From sequence record PP695294.1: DNA of 64,000 nt, one strand, 5' to 3'. A model generated the notes under the pieces. The model did not search any database and was not told the DNA's origin. It worked only from the letters and a program-made list of their open reading frames with translations. A program made the translations under genes and the position numbers. Position 1 is the stretch's first letter. Each line of letters starts with the position of its first letter. This document shows positions 61,751-64,000 of the stretch, in pieces.

Positions 61751-64000
61751 TTCTTTTTCGGTATCGTGACGGTTGTACGACAGTACGATGTCATCTTTCA
61801 AACCGATGTCGCCATTGGCTTCGATATCGAGCTTCTTACCAATCGTGGCACGTGCCGCTTCGGTAATGACAGTGAACAGTCGTAGGTCTTTATCTGGCCC
61901 CATGTCGTCGAGTTCAACACCGATAATGGCATCGTTAAGCGTGGTGCGTAGCGCATTACCAATCTCGGTTGCTGAAACGGTCAGATGTGTTGACAGATAA
62001 TCGTTAATGACTTGCGAAGTCCGTTTCCGGATTTGTGCCAGAAGCTCGCTGTTTGCGCGGTTCGCTGCCGTGAGGTAATATTTGACAGTGAACTGGTTTT
62101 CAGCAGGCAGTGGTGACACAACCCCGTCTTCGGTACGTACGTCGATATAACCCATCGTAGTGATAGGAACAAAGAAGCCTTCAGTTTGCTCCAACAGCAG
62201 CGGTTTCAGATTAGGCAGTACCACCGTAACATAGTTGATGATGTTGTCAATTACGCTATCAAGGTACGTTTTAACCGCTTTCGAGGTTGCGAACTTATAA
62301 CGGGCATCAAAGACAGCCATTTCACTACGGAACTTAATACTGCGCGGTTTCGCAATAATAGGCTGACCGTTCCCGTCGAAGATTTGTTCCCCAACGTGGT
62401 GTGCGATTTCTTGTTCACCGGTGACCGGGTCTATTTTCGGATCGCCTTTGCGATGCAGGTACGTGATTTGCAACGGTGGAACAGCATTAGGGTCGTACGT
62501 ATACTCAGGCGTTACACCATCTTCTTTGGTTTTAATAACATCCTTTTCCCAATACGCCAGAACGTCCTTCTGGTAGTATTCGTAGTTGATGCTGTCCGTT
62601 ACTGCACGTGCTTTTCGCCAGTAATAGGACATGGCTTTACCCAGCTCGATTTTGAAAATCTCATGAGTAATCCCAATACCATCGCGCGCAGGCGGTACAA
62701 TCATTGTATCCATTTCAGCGCGTTCGTAATTACCGGGGTAGTAACCCGTACAGCCGTAGAACACGTTATACTCGGTTAACAACGGTGCAGGTGTGTCCAC
62801 ATCCACTTCGGTGGTGATTCGGGTGTTGTTGATAATCAGCTCATCGTTACGGTCAACATCGAGATTGGTTTTCAACAAGAATTCCCATACACGCTCCGAA
62901 CCTTGACGACCCACTAAGGTGCCGTTGATGTACGCCAACTTACCGTCTGCGTTGCGTGGTGAGAAGGAAATCTGCGCAAAGACTTGGTCATCACTTAACG
63001 CCTGGTACGGCGGTTCTGACTTAGTCACAGTGCGCAGGATATAACCTTCGCTCGTTTTCTCAATCTGATAATCTGCAGTGACAACACTCAGCTCCGTTGT
63101 CACGTTGGTGCTAACGAAACGTTTTGAGTTCAACTGCGGTTTATCGAGTTGGTAAATACGAACATCGCAAGATTTGTTGTTAATGTCCACCACGTAATGG
63201 AACGGCGTGAACAGGTAACGGTTAGTGTTACCCGCGTTAACCAAATCTTCTTTACGCATGGTCTTCGCAAGAATGGTCATCTCCGCATCGATTTGCAGAC
63301 TGGTATCCGTAAAGCGATACAGCGTATCCGGCTCAATCGTCAAACGGTTGCCGTTAATACGGACCGTCGGCAGTTTCACCAGTTCATCCCAGCTAAAGTA
63401 CAGCGGGGCGGTGATGGTCCCGATAGGGGAACTCACTTTAGATAACGTGGACTCCGGCATCGGCGCAGTCAGGAAGTAAGTACGCCCAGTTACGTAATCG
63501 TTCGGCTTGGACAAGGTCAGGCCGTAATCCGATACTGTGGCTTCTAACTGTTTCTCTGTTACTGGCAGTTTGCGAATCCCCACTGCATTGTTTACCACAC
63601 GGTCACGCAACTCATCAAACGAAAGTTGTGTACGCCCCCCAGTGGCGTAACTGCCTTCTTCCGCAACCAACATTTTGATGGAGAATGATTTCAACGGGTT
63701 GATGTATCCCGCATCGTATTCACCGTTCAAGTCGCGCAATGAGAAGGTGTACTCGTCCGCCGGAAATGCAGAAACGTCGAGGTCGAGTGGCCCGATGGTC
63801 GTATATACGTCCATGCGGATTTCACCACTTACCAGGTTCTTCGCCATGTAGATAGACGGTATCGTACAGCGAATGGACTGGTTAACGACTTGAATCAGCG
63901 CCGTAGGCGTGTTTGGATCGTAAACGTCACGACTGTGCGTGTGGTGGATTTCTGTCCAGGTGTTTGAATTGGACGGTTTATTCCACACCCGTGCGTAGAA
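61748..64000 (-). CDS. Large baseplate/virion structural protein, C-terminal part (starts beyond the window)
   Basis: Frame is open to position 64000 (FYARVWNK...). ATGG......LRDR..NN pattern resembles baseplate J/gp6-type wedge proteins (inference). Confidence 0.6.
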   Translation of the reverse strand, partial: FYARVWNKPSNSNTWTEIHHTHSRDVYDPNTPTALIQVVNQSIRCTIPSIYMAKNLVSGEIRMDVYTTIGPLDLDVSAFPADEYTFSLRDLNGEYDAGYINPLKSFSIKMLVAEEGSYATGGRTQLSFDELRDRVVNNAVGIRKLPVTEKQLEATVSDYGLTLSKPNDYVTGRTYFLTAPMPESTLSKVSSPIGTITAPLYFSWDELVKLPTVRINGNRLTIEPDTLYRFTDTSLQIDAEMTILAKTMRKEDLVNAGNTNRYLFTPFHYVVDINNKSCDVRIYQLDKPQLNSKRFVSTNVTTELSVVTADYQIEKTSEGYILRTVTKSEPPYQALSDDQVFAQISFSPRNADGKLAYINGTLVGRQGSERVWEFLLKTNLDVDRNDELIINNTRITTEVDVDTPAPLLTEYNVFYGCTGYYPGNYERAEMDTMIVPPARDGIGITHEIFKIELGKAMSYYWRKARAVTDSINYEYYQKDVLAYWEKDVIKTKEDGVTPEYTYDPNAVPPLQITYLHRKGDPKIDPVTGEQEIAHHVGEQIFDGNGQPIIAKPRSIKFRSEMAVFDARYKFATSKAVKTYLDSVIDNIINYVTVVLPNLKPLLLEQTEGFFVPITTMGYIDVRTEDGVVSPLPAENQFTVKYYLTAANRANSELLAQIRKRTSQVINDYLSTHLTVSATEIGNALRTTLNDAIIGVELDDMGPDKDLRLFTVITEAARATIGKKLDIEANGDIGLKDDIVLSYNRHDTEKE

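Noticed and set aside
142-63479. Remaining short opposite-strand or nested track ORFs (e.g. 142, 1474, 41112, 50554, 50651, 51084, 55738, 62186)
   Set aside because: They are shadows of long genuine genes, have no SD, and conflict with the promoter/terminator layout.

Overview
The window is part of a nucleus-forming jumbo phage genome (phiKZ-like, Chimalliviridae). Gene order and protein features point to an enterobacterial SPN3US-type phage; this assignment comes from synteny and motifs, not from a database search. In order it holds: the tail tube start, tail sheath, virion genes and large terminase (0-12 kb); an AT-rich palindromic origin-like element (13.7 kb); a mostly non-coding RNA locus with one intact tRNA-Trp, two aberrant tRNA-like genes, at least six densely structured putative ncRNAs, an Ntn/HslV-type protease and a free-standing HNH endonuclease (13.9-18.4 kb); small hypothetical genes; both halves of a split family B DNA polymerase (26.5 kb and 56.3 kb); the nucleus and transcription core block (chimallin, nvRNAP subunits, SbcD-like nuclease, ChmC-like and PicA-like genes, SF2 helicase); a vRNAP beta-prime subunit; and head/baseplate genes. 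Three signals are missing from the ORF track. (1) A 356-nt ORF-less group I intron sits immediately before the DFDGD catalytic motif of an nvRNAP subunit. (2) A T-TTT-TTC slippery site at 53036-53042 would fuse the 655-aa ORF at 51141 to the downstream ORF by a -1 frameshift, like tail-chaperone G/GT pairs. (3) The ncRNA array is punctuated by a tRNA mimic with a shortened anticodon arm. All RNA structures were paired by eye and need computational confirmation.
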